Shown here: positions 11,965 to 25,059 of the stretch, piece after piece
Numbering within the stretch: the stretch's first letter is position 1
How the letters are laid out: every line of letters begins with the position of its first letter
NCBI RefSeq assembly: GCF_006345805.1
Contig: NC_043016.1
Span: 11,780,001 to 11,844,000 of the forward strand
Length of the DNA: 64,000 nucleotides
DNA from: Octopus sinensis
Lineage: Eukaryota
Reading direction: 5' to 3'
The notes under the pieces: generated by a model
The model's database searches: none
What the model saw: the letters and a program-made list of their open reading frames with translations, nothing else
What the model was told of the DNA's origin: nothing
Made by a program: the position numbers and the translations under genes

Positions 11965-13260
11965 CGGTTGAGAAATACCTAGCCAAAGATAAATCCCTAT
12001 ACTTGGCTTTTGTGGACTTCTACCCTGAATTTGACAGGGTTTCCCGATCCCTTATCTGGTGTGTGATGTAGAAACTGGGGATTGAAGAGTGGTTAATAAG
12101 AGCTGTACAGGTCATGTACAGGGATGCCGTTCATAAGCTAAGGGTTAGCAATGAGTATAGTGAAGAATTCAGGGTAGAAGTAGAGGTCCACCAAGGATCA
12201 GCCCTCAGCCACATCTTATTCATCATAGTCCTCCAGGCAAAAACAGAGGAATTCAAAGCAGGTTGTCCCTGGGAGCTCCTCTATGCTGATGACCTGGTTC
12301 TCATAGCAGAATCACTACCAGAACTAGAGAAGAAATTTCAGGTGTGGCAGCAAGGTTTAGAATCAAAGGGCCTTAGAGTCAATGTTGCTAATACCAAAGT
12401 CCTAGTAAGTAGGAGGGTGAACACAACACAGACCCCTTCAGGTAGATGGCCCTGCTAGATCTGTAGAAAAAGTGTAGGTATAAGCTCCATTAGATGTACC
12501 CAGTGTAAGCCATGGATACATCAAAAGGTTAACCAGGAAGATAGGTTTTGTGTGTGGCAGATGCACAGGGGCAATAAACACTGCAGATGCTCAGAAAACT
12601 GATTCTATCACATGTCACGGGGAGAAACTAGAAGTAGTCGATAGCTTCTGCTATCTAGGTGACCAAGTCTGCAGTGGCGGGGAAGCTCAGAGAGCACTGC
12701 CACTAGAATAAGAATAGCCTGGGCAAAGTTCAGAAGGCTTCTACCCCTGCTGGTGACAAAGGGCCTCTCGCTCAGAGTGAAAGGTAGATTGTATGATGCG
12801 TGTGTACGAACTGCCATGCTTCATGGCAGTGAAACATGGGCTGTGACTGCTGAATACACAAGTAAGCTCGAGAGAAATGAAGCTAGTATGATCCGCTGGA
12901 TGTGTAATGTCAGTGTGCACACACACGACAGAGTGTAAACATCCTGAGAGAAATTTTGGACATAAGAAGCATCAGATGTGGTGTGCAAGAGAGACAACTG
13001 TGCTGGTATGATCATGTGCTGCATATGGATGAGGCGAGCTGTGTAAAGAAGTGTCACTCCCTAAAGGTGAAAAGAACCTGTGGAAGAGGTAGACCCAGGA
13101 AGATGTGGGTTGAAGTGGTGAAGCATGACCTTTGAACGTTGGGCCTCACAGAGAAAATGACAAAAAACCAAGACGTCTGGAGATAGGCTGTGACTGAGAA
13201 GACCCAGCAAGTAAAGTGAGATCACAGCCGTAGCCTACACCAGTGTCACATAACCAGCCC
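11965..13260 (+). mobile_element. 5'-truncated degenerate RTE-clade LINE (reverse transcriptase remnant)
   Basis: EKYLAKDKSLYLAFVDF, VHQGSALS, WELLYADDLVLIAES, LYDACVRTAMLHGSETW, CGRGRPRKMW are present with stops and frameshifts. Confidence 0.92.
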
Positions 13261-13505
13261 ATCATCATCATCATCATCATCATCGTTTAACGTCCGTTTT
13301 CCGCGCTAGCACGGGTTGGACGGTTTCGACCGGGGTCTGGGGAGCTCGGGACTGCCCCAGGCTCCAGTCTAGTCTGGCAGTGTTTCTACAGCTGGATGCC
13401 CTTCCTAACGCCAACCACTCCGCGAGTGTAGTGGGTGTTTTTTACGTGCCACCTGCACAGGTGCCAGAGGGGTCTGGCATCGGCCACGTTCGGATGGTGC
13501 TTTTT
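13260..13505 (-). mobile_element. RTE-tail element (family C) with (GAT)n tail
   Basis: ggttggcgttaggaagggcatccagc core and gttaaacgatgatgat tail, read on the minus strand. Confidence 0.85.
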
Positions 13506-14616
13506 ATGGGGTGGGGTGCAGAAATATAGGGGAGCACCAGTGGGAGGGGTGGTTCAGAGGACAGGTTCTAGGCAAGTAGAACGTAGGAAATCGAGAGAGG
13601 GGTAATGCATGGTGAAATAGCGTATTGAAGAGGGGGGTTCAAAGAGTAGACACCTATAATGGTGGTGGGGGGGTGCAGAAATATAGGGGAGCACCAGTGG
13701 GAGGGGGGGGTCAGAGGACAGGTTCTAGGCAAGTAGAACGTAGGATATCGAGAGAGGGGTAATGCATGGTGAAATAGCGTATTGAAGAGGGGGGTTCAAA
13801 GAGTAGACACCTATAATGGTGGTGGGGGGGTGCAGAAATATAGGGGAGCACCAGTGGGAGGGGTGGTTCAGAGGACAGGTTCTAGGCAAGTAGAACGTAG
13901 GATATCGAGAGAGGGGTAATGCATGGTGAAATAGCGTATTGAAGAGGGGGGTTCAAAGAGTAGACACCTATAATGGTGGTGGGGGGGTGCAGAAATATAG
14001 GGGAGCACCAGTGGGAGGGGTGGTTCAGAGGACAGGTTCTAGGCAAGTAGAACGTAGGATATCGAAAGAGGGGTAATGCATGGTGAAATAGCGTATTGAA
14101 GAGGGGGGTTCAAAGAGTAGACACCTATAATGGTGGTGGTGGGGGGTGCAGAAATATAGGGGAGCACCAGTGGGAGGGGTGGTTCAGAGGACAGGTTCTA
14201 GACAAGTAGAACGTAGGATATCGAGAGAGGGGTAATGCATGGTGAAATAGCGTATTGAAGAGGGGGGTTCAAAGAGTAGACACCTATAATGGTGGTGGGG
14301 GGGTGCAGAAATATAGGGGAGCACCAGTGGGAGGGGTGGTTCAGAGGACAGGTTCTAGGCAAGTAGAACGTAGGATATCGAAAGAGGGGTAATGCATGGT
14401 GAAATAGCGTATTGAAGAGGGGGGTTCAAAGAGTAGACACCTATAATGGTGGTGGTGGGGGGGTGCAGAAATATAGGGGAGCACCAGTGGGAGGGGTGGT
14501 TCAGAGGACAGGTTCTAGACAAGTAGAACGTAGGATATCGAGAGAGGGGTAATGCATGGTGAAATAGCGTATTGAAGAGGGGGGTTCAAAGAGTAGACAC
14601 CTATAATGGTGGTGGG
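13505..14616. repeat. About 157-bp G/A-rich tandem repeat, 7 copies
   Basis: gcagaaatatagggg recurs at 13518, 13675, 13832, 13989, 14148, 14305 and 14465. The units are nearly identical. Confidence 0.95.
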
Positions 14617-15426
14617 AGAAACGACATCCGGTATAGTAGGAGCAAAATAGAGCTTAAGTATGCATAGCCATGGAGAGAAGTAGGAAGAGAGGAGTCCAGA
14701 CAGACAATGTAAAAAGAGGGGGAGAGAAGGGGAAGAGAACCCCGCGAAGAATCGGCGGCCAATTCGATCAGCCCTGTAAGGGAGATAGATCTTAAATATC
14801 TATAACGATAACTAATGAATTATACAGAATATGCAAAAACGAGGCGAGGCTGAAATAGTAAACAGAGTGGTGACTAGGGGGCTCAGAATAATGATACATA
14901 ATAAATAATAATAAATAGAGATACGGGGTGAATTAAAGTTCAAAGATTTCTTATCTTGGGATCACTTCGTTTACGGACAGACTTGGCAAAAGGAATTCGG
15001 AATCAAGAATGAGGCAGGTTACTACTTGAAAGAAAAGTACCTTTGGATCGTTGGGCGACATGCTGTGCTTGAGGAGACCTATTGAGTCAAGTAAATCAAA
15101 GGTCTGAACATGTCCCTTGCAGTATGGTTATTTTTTTAAACCCTATTCATATTGCAGCTTTTGATGGGCTTATTTGCACTAGGCACCAAGCCAAAATTTG
15201 AACTGAATACAAGCAAAAAGTGATGACGGTTGCTTCTGGTAGGAATCTATGGATGAGATGCCTAAGTATTTAGATAAAAGAAACAAAACATTTCCAAAGT
15301 ATTTTAAACTGCTCAAATAATGATCAACCACATTAACTAAATTGCAAGTGGGGGGAAAAAAAAAGGAAAAATTTTTTTTAGAGAAATGTTAATAGTTGCT
15401 CAAAAGGTTAAGAAAATTATACATAC

Positions 15427-15515
15427 CTCATGGTTTATACATTTATCAATTAATTGTAAATATATATTTCGGCTCTCCTCATCAATTCTGTTACCAACTA
15501 ATAATTGGGTACATA
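15427..15515 (-). CDS. SAMD4/smg: Smaug/SAMD4 exon (89 nt, phase 1-0), PHAT domain
   Basis: ICTQLLVGNRIDEESRNIYLQLIDKCINHE matches VCTQLLV..DEEN...YLQLIDKCLIHE. Acceptor ttgtag, donor gtatgt. Confidence 0.95.
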
Positions 15516-15984
15516 CTACAAAAGACAAAATAATTAGAAATTAGTTACTCTTAAACCATTACATATGTGTGTCATCATCATCATCATTTTAATGTCCACT
15601 TTTCCATGCTCTCACATAGGTTGGAAGAAGTTCACTGAGGCAGATTTCCTACAGCTGGATGCCCTTCCTGTCACCAACCCTCACCTGTTTCCAAGAGCAA
15701 GACACTTTCAATGACTGGAAATGGACACTGCTTGCATGATGGAGACAGTAATAAAACCACTAATAGTAATAATAAGCAAAATTCTGTCCAACCCACACGA
15801 GTATGGAAAAGTGGACATTAAACCAATGGTGATGATACAGGATAGGCTTCTTTTAGTTTCTGTTGATCAATTTCACTCGCAAGGCTTTGGTTGGCCCATG
15901 GCAATAGTAAAAGGCATATACCCAATTTTCATTTATTCTTAGATTTAATAATGAAAGGAGCCAGACAGAGCTTTGAACAAAGGA

Positions 15985-17090
15985 AAATTATTCCTGAAGT
16001 GTCTCAGAAAGTTTGAAAATATAATGGAAATGCAAAGACAGTTTAGATGAGTGTTTCAAACAGATCTGCCTGTACAACTTACCATCACTCAAAGTCTGAA
16101 GCAGATTGGAACTGTTCAGAATGTGCACAAGAAATGTTCCAGAAGACCATGGGCATCTATGAGCCCCACAAAGCAAGAAAAGGTACTAGAAATATATTGC
16201 CAGACTCTCAGAGTGGTTGGCATTAGGAAGGGCATCCAGCTGTAGAAACTCTGCCAGATCAAGATTGGAGCCTGGTGCAGCCATCCGGTTCGCCAGCCCT
16301 CAGTCAAATTGTCCAACCCATGCTAGCATGGAAAGCGGACGTTAAACGATGTTGATGATGAGTTCACAAAAAATCTGCATAGCAAGGGAGTTGCGAGAAA
16401 GAAGAAGCACTGACATTAGAAAGATTACATTTCAAGAAAATCACCCAGACCAAAGAGTGGCGTTTTGTGAGTGGTACTTGGCAAGATGCACACTTTCCAA
16501 TAAATATCATCTCCACATATTACAGAATATCATATTAATTTACCAGAAGTTATAGTATGGTGTTGCTTACCATTGAAAAAAGATTAATTGAAGCATTCTT
16601 TTGTCATGATACTATGACTGGTTCCATTTTACTTGAACTTGCTGTGACAATCTGTTGTCCCAAGTACTCAAGATGACGTAAGACATGGAGTTTTACTTCC
16701 AACAAGATGCAGCACTCCCTCTCACACATACACACTACCATAGTTATGTAAGGGCCTACCTTGACATTTTGCCAAACAGGTGGATTGGACAAAAAAGGTT
16801 CGGTAGATTCCACTTCTTGTTTGTCAGACTTCACACAAGACTTTTTTTTTTTTTATGGGGATACTTAAATGATAAAGTTTAGAGTACAAATTCAGCAACA
16901 TGTGATGAATTTGAGGGCAGCCATTGAACGAGAATGCACACAAATGCCAACTGAAACGTTTCTTGACATTTGCAATCCCTTTGCTTCACGTTATCAAGAG
17001 TGTTTGGACCAGAATGGTCATCAGTTTGAAAAACAGGCAGTAGAGAAAAAAAAATGTCCCCCCACTCCACCATGAGATTTATTTTTTTTC
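15985..17090 (+). pseudogene. Decayed Tc1/mariner-superfamily transposase, interrupted by a family C insertion at about 16200-16365
   Basis: FQTDLPVQLTIT...GTVQNVHKKCSRRP (HTH-type N-terminus), YFQQDAA, ILPNRWIG, FFLWGYLNDKV and a C-terminal ECLDQNGHQFE. Multiple frameshifts. Confidence 0.8.
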
Positions 17091-17129
17091 TATCACTTAG
17101 ATGTGGGTAGTTATTATGAACAACCCTTT

Positions 17130-17470
17130 TCAGGGCCTCTCTAACTGGTGAAAGAATAGAGTGAGTGTTGGGCCTCATGGAGGCAATGACCGAGATCTTT
17201 GGCATTATGTTGTGCTTGAGAAGAAGACTCATCAAGCTGAGCAAAATCACAGTCGTGGCAGATACCGGTGTCATGCAAATGGCACCCGTGTCAGTGGCAC
17301 GTAAAAACACTCATTACACTCTCAGAGTGGTTGGCATTATTAGGAAGGGCATCCAGCCTTAGAAAACCATACCAAATCAGACTGGAGCCTGGCACAGCCT
17401 TCCAGTGTGCTAAGCCAGTCAAACCGTCCAACCCATGCCAGAATGGACAACGGATGTTAAATGATAATGA
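17130..17470 (+). mobile_element. RTE LINE 3' end contiguous with the family C module
   Basis: gggcctca..ggcaatgac..cgagatctttgg..tgtgcttgagaag is shared with the RTE end at about 13140 and 42290, and runs into the family C core and tail. Confidence 0.75.
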
Positions 17471-17755
17471 CAACAAAAGGGGAACAGGCTTGAATGCTTG
17501 CAACAGAATGAACTGCTATATAAAATAAATAAATAATTAAAAGAAATTTTTTAAAAAAGGCCCCAAGAATCAAGTGATGGTGTTAAACAGGCCAACAGAT
17601 TAAGCCTCCCACCTATGAAAAGGTATGGTTTTGACCCTTGGTGGACTTTCAGACAGTTCCTATCTCAAGGAGAAGAATTTGGTTATAAACATACAGCAAC
17701 AGCAATGACAATGATGATAACGATGAGTTTATAATCTTACAAACCGAAGACTTAC

Positions 17756-17957
17756 TTTTCCCCATTACTCTTGTGAATTGTTTTGGAAGATCCTCGCCTG
17801 CCTGTGAAGCATCTCCTTCAGAGATTGGACTTAAATTTGGTTTCCGTATTGGTAATTTATCATTTGATGCTATGTCAGCATTTGCTTTCATTGGTGTATT
17901 TAGGATGCTCTTCAACTCTGCCAATGCCGTTTTAATTGAACCACCACTTATGATATT
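17756..17957 (-). CDS. SAMD4/smg: Smaug/SAMD4 exon (202 nt, phase 0-1), PHAT domain start
   Basis: NIISGGSIKTALAELKSILNTPMKA...EDLPKQFTRVMGK matches the SAMD4 motif DLPGQFTRVMGK. Acceptor tttcag, donor gtaagt. Confidence 0.95.
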
Positions 17958-19207
17958 CTGAAAAAACGAATAAATAAAATGAGATAGAGAGAGAGAAACC
18001 CGGTGTTCTGTGTATGTTACATAAACTTAGGTACTGGCCAGCATTGGCTTAGACCAATGCTAATCAAAGAGGTAGCCCACGAGCCATCAGCTGCCAGTAC
18101 GTGGCGAGTTTCCAGAAAAGAAAGAAACATTATAAAATGCTTATTTGTTTACAAAATAAATATAAGATAATAAAAAAAATTGTCAACTTTTATTATATTC
18201 ATTATATATTGTTTCTGGTATAAATTAATATTACTAAGAAATATTACCGGTCCCTGGCAGATTGGAAAAAAAAAAAAAACTACCAGTATGCCACATCAGA
18301 CAGTTTGAGAAGCACTAACCTAGACTATATCAAAATTGAATACAATGAACTAAGAACATATTTACTATTTAATTTCTTGAATTTTCACGTCTTCATATAC
18401 TGCATAACCTTCTTGGAATTTTGAAAAATTCTCTTAACATTCCAGAAATCTACATAAAGGCCCCCTAAGACCCTACAAGTACTGCCCTTCATCAGTTAGA
18501 TACTCTGCACAAGGCCTGAAAACCCTTTTGATACCAATCCAACCAAGACCACCCTTAAATCTCTAACACAAACTTCCTGCTTAAAGTTATCTAAACTAAA
18601 AACTTTCAGTAATCAAACTTTCAGATTAATTCTTATTTCAAACATCATTGTAATAATAGCAAAGTCATTTTACTAAACTGTCCCTTATTTTCAAAATGAA
18701 CTGAAACAAAGGCTGGTGCCAGTTAAAAAGCACTTTGTCCACTCTATGGGGGTGGTTGGTGTTAGGAAGGGTATTCAGCTGTAAAAACCATGCCAAAACA
18801 GACACAGTAGCCTGGTGTAGTGATTCTACCTGGCTGGTTCCTGTCAAACTGTCCAACCCATGCCAGCATGGAAGGTAAAAGTTAGATGATGATGATGAAA
18901 GAAAAGCAGAGCATCTTAACAAAAATATGGTAACAAAAGGGGGTTAAAGAAAGAGACTAGCAGCGGCAGGGAAGGAGATACTTTGTCTCACAGTCAACAC
19001 TTTGATCTGAATGCTTGCAACAGAGGACTCTGCTAATGGTACCAAATGGACAGGAGGTAGCGCTAACCCATTAGCATTTAAACCAGTCACATCTGGCCAA
19101 AATATTTTACCTGTGTTATGTCCAAACAGTTACACCATTGAAATCTTGAATGTAAAAAAAAAAACAACAAAAAAAAACCAGTTGAAAAGAAAAGCAATGA
19201 AATAAAC

Positions 19208-19416
19208 CCTTCAGCATTTAAACCAGCCATATTTGGCCTAAATATTCTGTTTTATGATCAAACTGGCCATATCTGGTCTCTCACGCTTACCCTACAATAT
19301 TATTCAAAAAAATCTTATCAAAACCTCAAAGCTATGAGATAATGCATGATTAATTCAACATAATGTGAACCAATAAACATTACATATGACAGTAGTAATT
19401 TGAATGCTAAAAGGGT
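19208..19416. mobile_element. piggyBac-like MITE
   Basis: Same body as 6371-6592. The right end is ctaaaagggttaa. Confidence 0.8.
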
Positions 19417-20076
19417 TAATATAACACTAATAAATATAAAAATATTAAATTTGGTTCATTAGAATAAAGTATTTTTTTTTAACAAAGTCTTTCATGTAAA
19501 AGCATGTTTAATCTCATCCTGTAGTAACAGATTATCTCAATCCTTTGCTTGTCCAAAATATTTTCATAAGTTTGTCCTAAACATCCGTGCTTACTTTCGG
19601 TCTTTAAGTTAGCCTTTGTTTCATACCCTCTCTCTCTTTCGGAGAGGCACTGAGCAGCTATACGCACATATACACATACGGCAGTAATTTCCGCCTACCG
19701 AATTCAATCACAAAGCTCCGGTCGGCTAGGGGCTATAGTGGAAGACACCTACCCAAAGTGCCACACAGTGGGACTGAACCCGAAACCATGTAGCTAGGAA
19801 GCAAGCTCCCTAACCACATAGCCATGCCCGCGCCTACACATTCTGAGTAATATAAAACTTTCTTTTCAAACGTCCCAACTCTGATAGTTGAAAAAAATAG
19901 GGAACATGTGTATCATATACAATGCATGAACATCAGGGAAATATCTCTGGCAATGTCATATAGGATACAGAAGAGAAGAAAAAGAGTTAATAGAAGCTTT
20001 CCATTAAGCACTAACGATGGCATGTTCAGTCCTTTCAAATATAGAAACTTTTTAGATGGAAAAGGTTTATAATTAC

Positions 20077-20163
20077 CTGTTCTAAAGTCCTCAAAAGCTT
20101 GTGTCTGTCTTTTAATTTTTGTATACTTAATACTATTTTGTGTCGTGCTCCTTTTGTAACATT
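20077..20163 (-). CDS. SAMD4/smg: Smaug/SAMD4 exon (87 nt, phase 0-0), SAM domain second half
   Basis: [29 protein letters not shown] matches SAMD4 [20 protein letters not shown]. Acceptor tttcag, donor gtaatt. Confidence 0.96.
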
Positions 20164-20234
20164 CTGAAAAGAATAAAAAAAATCATTCCATGAAATGAAC
20201 CAACGCTTTTGTCGTGTTAGAAAGGGGTGTGTCT

Positions 20235-20602
20235 CTCTTTACTCTTTTACTTGTTTCAGTCATTTGACTGCGGCCATGCTGGAGCACTGCCTTTAGTTGA
20301 GCAACTCGACCCCCAGGACTTATTCTATCGGTCTCTTTTACCGAACCACTAAGTAACGGGGACGTAAACACACCAGCATCGGTTGTCAAGCAATGCTAGG
20401 GGGACAAACACAGACACACACATACATATACATATATACGACAGGCTTCTTTCAGTTTCCGTCTATCAAATCCACTCACAAGGCATTGGTCGGCCCGGGG
20501 CTACAGCAGGAGACACTTGCCCAAGATGCCACGCAGTGGGACTGAACCCGGAACCATGTGGTTGGTAAACAAGCTACTTACCACACAGCCACTCCTGCGC
20601 CT
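20235..20602 (-). mobile_element. SINE family A
   Basis: Full head-to-tail copy about 70 bp from the acceptor of the second SAM exon. Confidence 0.9.
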
Positions 20603-21419
20603 ATGAATGAATTAGATAAAACTTAAAAAATACATTCCATACATGGAGCTCCTGTCAGACTGTCCAACCCATACCAGCATGGAAAAACGGATATTAAATG
20701 ATGATGTCATCATCATTGCCATCATCATCTTAACCTCTGCTTCTCCAGGTTTGCATGAGTCAGATAAAATTGTTGAGGCAGATTTTCCTACAGCTGGATG
20801 CCTTTCCTGTCACCAACTCTCACTTGTTTTCAGGCAAGGTAATACCACTCCATGATTGGACACATTTTCATCAAAGACTGTGAACGATCTGTATCGCTTG
20901 TATGACAGGATTCTTGTTTAGAACCAACATGTGATAATCCTAAATGAGCATCCCTTTCATCAAGACAAGGAGACATTAACACACACACACACACACACAC
21001 ACAAGTGATGGGCTTCTTTCAGTTTCAGTCTTCTAAATCAAATCACAAGGCTTTGGTTGGCCGAGAGCAACAGCAGGAATACCTTGCCTAAGTTGCGGCA
21101 CACAGAGACTAAACCTAAAAACCATACAGAATTAGGTACAAGAACATCATTTAAGCTTTTGGGACTATCTTTAATGAAGTAAGCCGTCTATGCATTTTTA
21201 AATTAATCTAATAATCGACTTCATTATTAAACTGTTGTTTAGAATATAATTGAAGAGATGGAAAATTTTAATTTAAATATGAACAATTGAAAAATTATTG
21301 GTTTTGCATCAATGATGCCCGTTGACCGTTTCAAGCAGGTTTGTATAAAAAAAAGCAAATATTTGAGTTGACTTATTAATGGTCAATGTTTTATTCTAGG
21401 GACAAAGATTTAAAATATT

Positions 21420-21765
21420 TATTCTTTTACTTGTTTCAGTCATGTGACTGTGGCCATGCTGGAACACCACCTATAATCGAGCAAATCAACCCCAGGACTT
21501 ATTCTTTGTAAGCCTAGTACTTATTCTATTGGTCTCTTTTTTGCTGAACCACTAAGTTACAGGGACGTAAACACACCAGCATCGGTTATCGGTTGCCAAG
21601 CGAGGGGGTGGGGCAAACACACATATATATATACTGGGCTTCTTTCAGTTTCCATCTATGAAATCCACTACCAAAATTTTGGCTGGGCCAAGGTGCCACG
21701 CAGTGGGACTGAACCTGGCACCATGTAGTTGGCAAGCAAACGACTTATCACACAGCTACTCCTAA
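21420..21765 (-). mobile_element. SINE family A (rearranged copy)
   Basis: Shares family A tail, core and partial head. Confidence 0.8.
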
Positions 21766-22783
21766 AGATTTTTGTGTTTCTTTTGTTATATAAATAAAAA
21801 TACATATAAAAAAAAAGGAACAACAGAAATATAATAGAAGCGCCCTTAGGAGCTAAGAAAATGTAAAAATTCATAAATAATATTCTAAGTTGAATTATGG
21901 CCTTTAAGGGGTTAACAAATTTTTTTTTTCTCAATTACTAGTCTACACACAAATGGTCAGACAGAAAAATCTATAATAGCCACAGGTATTAACAAATCTA
22001 GCATGGGCTATTCTGATTATGTTCAGAGAAGATGTACAAGAATACTGCAAAATTTGCTTTTATCCTTCAGATCAACCAAACGATAACAAAACTAAATTGT
22101 ACTAATACATTAAAAAGTGGGGCTGAAATGAAATAAAATAGAAACTGTTTGAGGTGTTTGCTAAAAACGATTGGATAGTATCCATTCTTTTCATGATAGC
22201 ATGGGTTGGAGGGAAATTTATATGAGGCACGAATTTACAGCCAGATGCCTTTCAAGGCACTGGCCCTAGTCTGTTTTTCAAGGGAGATATTTTTTTTTAT
22301 TCTGCTTACCTTTTCCAAGTGCAGATCGACAGAACATGTTGTCAATGGAGTATTTAAACATCACATCAACATTTTGCTCAGACAATGACAACAAACAGGA
22401 GCTATATGAAGTGTCAACACTCACATGCACACGACAGGCTTCCATACAGTTTCTATCTACTAATTTCATGCACAATCCTCCATTTTTCCTCTCCATAACC
22501 AGAGTGTGATCTCCTTAGAATACCCATATTTTGCTCATAGTCACTTGTTCAAGAAGAATGCCAACTGCATTGATGCCAGTAGCCTTGAAAGGCTTTCAGG
22601 TGTCATGCACTCATTACTGTACCGAAATAATTAAAATACAAACATATGGTAGTTAATCTATTTGTCTAATAAGTAACTAATTTATATAGTTATGTAACTA
22701 CTTGACTATTCTATGTACATCACAAATTTGGAGAAGCTGGTATGCCATCAGAAATTGAATCTGTCATTTTGAAGTAGTCTTTT

Positions 22784-22819
<36 letters not shown>

Positions 22820-23319
22820 CCAAAGAAGAAGAGATAGGGAGAAGGATAACAGAAAGAGAGATGGGGAGAGGAACAGGGAAAGATTTTCTTTCTAATGAAG
22901 GATCAATTCCAACTAATGTCAGATCCCTCTTCTGAAATGGTACGTCTAGCCTCATTCATCATAGGGATTTGGCTCCAGAACAACACAGTGATAAATGAAT
23001 CATCTCCAAATGCTTTGTAAACGGAACAAATGGTAGAATCATTATCTCCATCTGTATAAATCCTTATAAAAATTTTAAAATGCAGCATTGCAGCACCATC
23101 ATGCAAACAAGCAATAATCTGTGTATTCTGAGCAGTCGACACTGGGGGTGTTCACTGAGGCACATTTCTGTCGCAGAAGCAAAATCTTTGATCACCAACC
23201 CACGTTATCACAGATCAATCTGTGATAAGCATAACATAGCTTGCAATTGAGCATACCATGTTATCCCCAGATCAGTGAGAAGTGAATCAGAGAGATATGA
23301 TGTTAAAGGGTAAAGAACC

Positions 23320-23645
23320 CCTTCTGACATGAATGACCATGGGATAGCACTTAGAAAGTTCCCCTCCGAGACACGAGTCATGGGCAAGGTTGCTTAAGAA
23401 GACCAGCAGTCACCCATGCATACCAGCCTCCCTTCTCTATGTCATTGATGTTATCCAAGGGAAAGGCAAAGGGGACGATATAGCCTGGCACCAGTGATTC
23501 CACAACTCATTTCTACAGATGAGTGAACTGGAACAACATGGAATAAAGTGTCTTGCTCAAGAACGCAACACACAGCCTGGTCCAGGAATTGAACTCACTA
23601 CCTCATAACTGTGAGCTCGACACTCTAACCACTGAGCCGAGTGCC
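23320..23645 (-). mobile_element. SINE family E (internally deleted)
   Basis: Tail gaccatggga..ctagaaagtt.ccctccgag is shared with 31290. tRNA-like head at about 23580-23645. Confidence 0.7.
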
Positions 23646-23809
23646 TTTATAAGTTACATGTATGTAAATTTATCCAGATCCATGAACTTCACTACAAAGT
23701 TTTCTCTGATGCAAAAACAGTCGTTAATTTCCTCAGACTGATTCCTGGTAGCTTTATGCTCCTAGAAGGGAAAGCAACAACATTTTACATTTTATGTTCC
23801 TGTTAATAC

Positions 23810-23919
23810 CTGCTCTTCGAGCCATTGTTCTGAAAGATCCATCATGTCTTCATAACTCAACAATTGAAATAAGTAGGAGTATTTGTGTAATCGCAGACTT
23901 TTCAACCAAATAGGAACAT
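23810..23919 (-). CDS. SAMD4/smg: Smaug/SAMD4 exon (110 nt, phase 1-0), SAM domain first half
   Basis: [37 protein letters not shown] is the hallmark Smaug SAM motif [10 protein letters not shown]. Acceptor ttgtag, donor gtatta. Too short for the ORF track. Confidence 0.96.
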
Positions 23920-25059
23920 CTACAACAAAAATAAAATAAATGAAAATAAATCAAAAATTAAAATAAAAACCAGAAAGCAAAAAAAAAAAAATCAAATAAA
24001 CATAAACATATGTTGCAAATAAACATAAAAAAAAAACATAAGTTTAGTAATGTATCTTAGAATAATAATCTATATTTTTCTATGGTTATTATTCTATAGA
24101 ATAACCATAGTAAAATAAAAGTGTGTATGTGTGATATTTGTTTTAGTATCTAGTTTTCTGTGCTTGCATGGATCAGATAGAATTCAATGAGAGTTTTTCT
24201 ATAACCAAATGACCTTCCTGTTTCCAAGCAGGGTAATATTTCTTCGTGGTTGGTCATATTTTCACAGAAAATTGGAAACCATTGGCACTGCTTGCAGTGA
24301 TGGTTCCTTTACAACCATCACGTGATGTCAAGACAATCAACCCCACTCCCCATACAATATATAGATTCAAGTAATCCAGTGGTACTCAAAAGAAAAACTC
24401 TTTAATGTATCACCATTCTATAAAACAATAAGGAGTGTATAAAATTATAAATAACGAGAGAAATAATTTGTCATGAAATTTGAATTTTCTTGTTAGATGA
24501 AATTTCATCAAATTGTTTCGTAACTTAAAAACATGTAAATAATTTATATCATCATATCTAATAAATAAATAAATTACATGCAAAAAATCCTTCAAAATAA
24601 TGCAGAATTTAAGCTACATCTTCAGGTGAAAGAAAGTCTTTGTTAAATAGTAAATTCTCCTCTTACATACATAAACACAGACACACAAAGAACTTCTTTC
24701 GGCACTAGAGGTACCATATAGGTACTACTTATAATACAGCAGTCCCGATGGATCTACATAATGATATGAAGGGGAGGTAATCTAGTTTTACCAAAACTAC
24801 TGTTAATGATGTAAGGGACTCCACAATATCGTCTGTTTTTAATTTGATGTTATTACAGTGCACACTCATTAGGATTAGATTTTAGGGTTAGGTGGTGTGC
24901 ACGCACTTTACCTTCACCCATTTTATGATATTATGATCATCTCTTATGCTTGTATCAGCAATAAGTGTCATTACTCATCCATACAGCGTGCATTTAAAAT
25001 GTTTTGCATGTAACGCACCATGACTTTTGAAAAAAAAGTCTACCAACTTCTTTGGATCA

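Noticed and set aside
13505-14616. Regular array considered as CRISPR-like
   Set aside because: The units are contiguous and near-identical with no unique spacers, and the context is eukaryotic with no cas genes.
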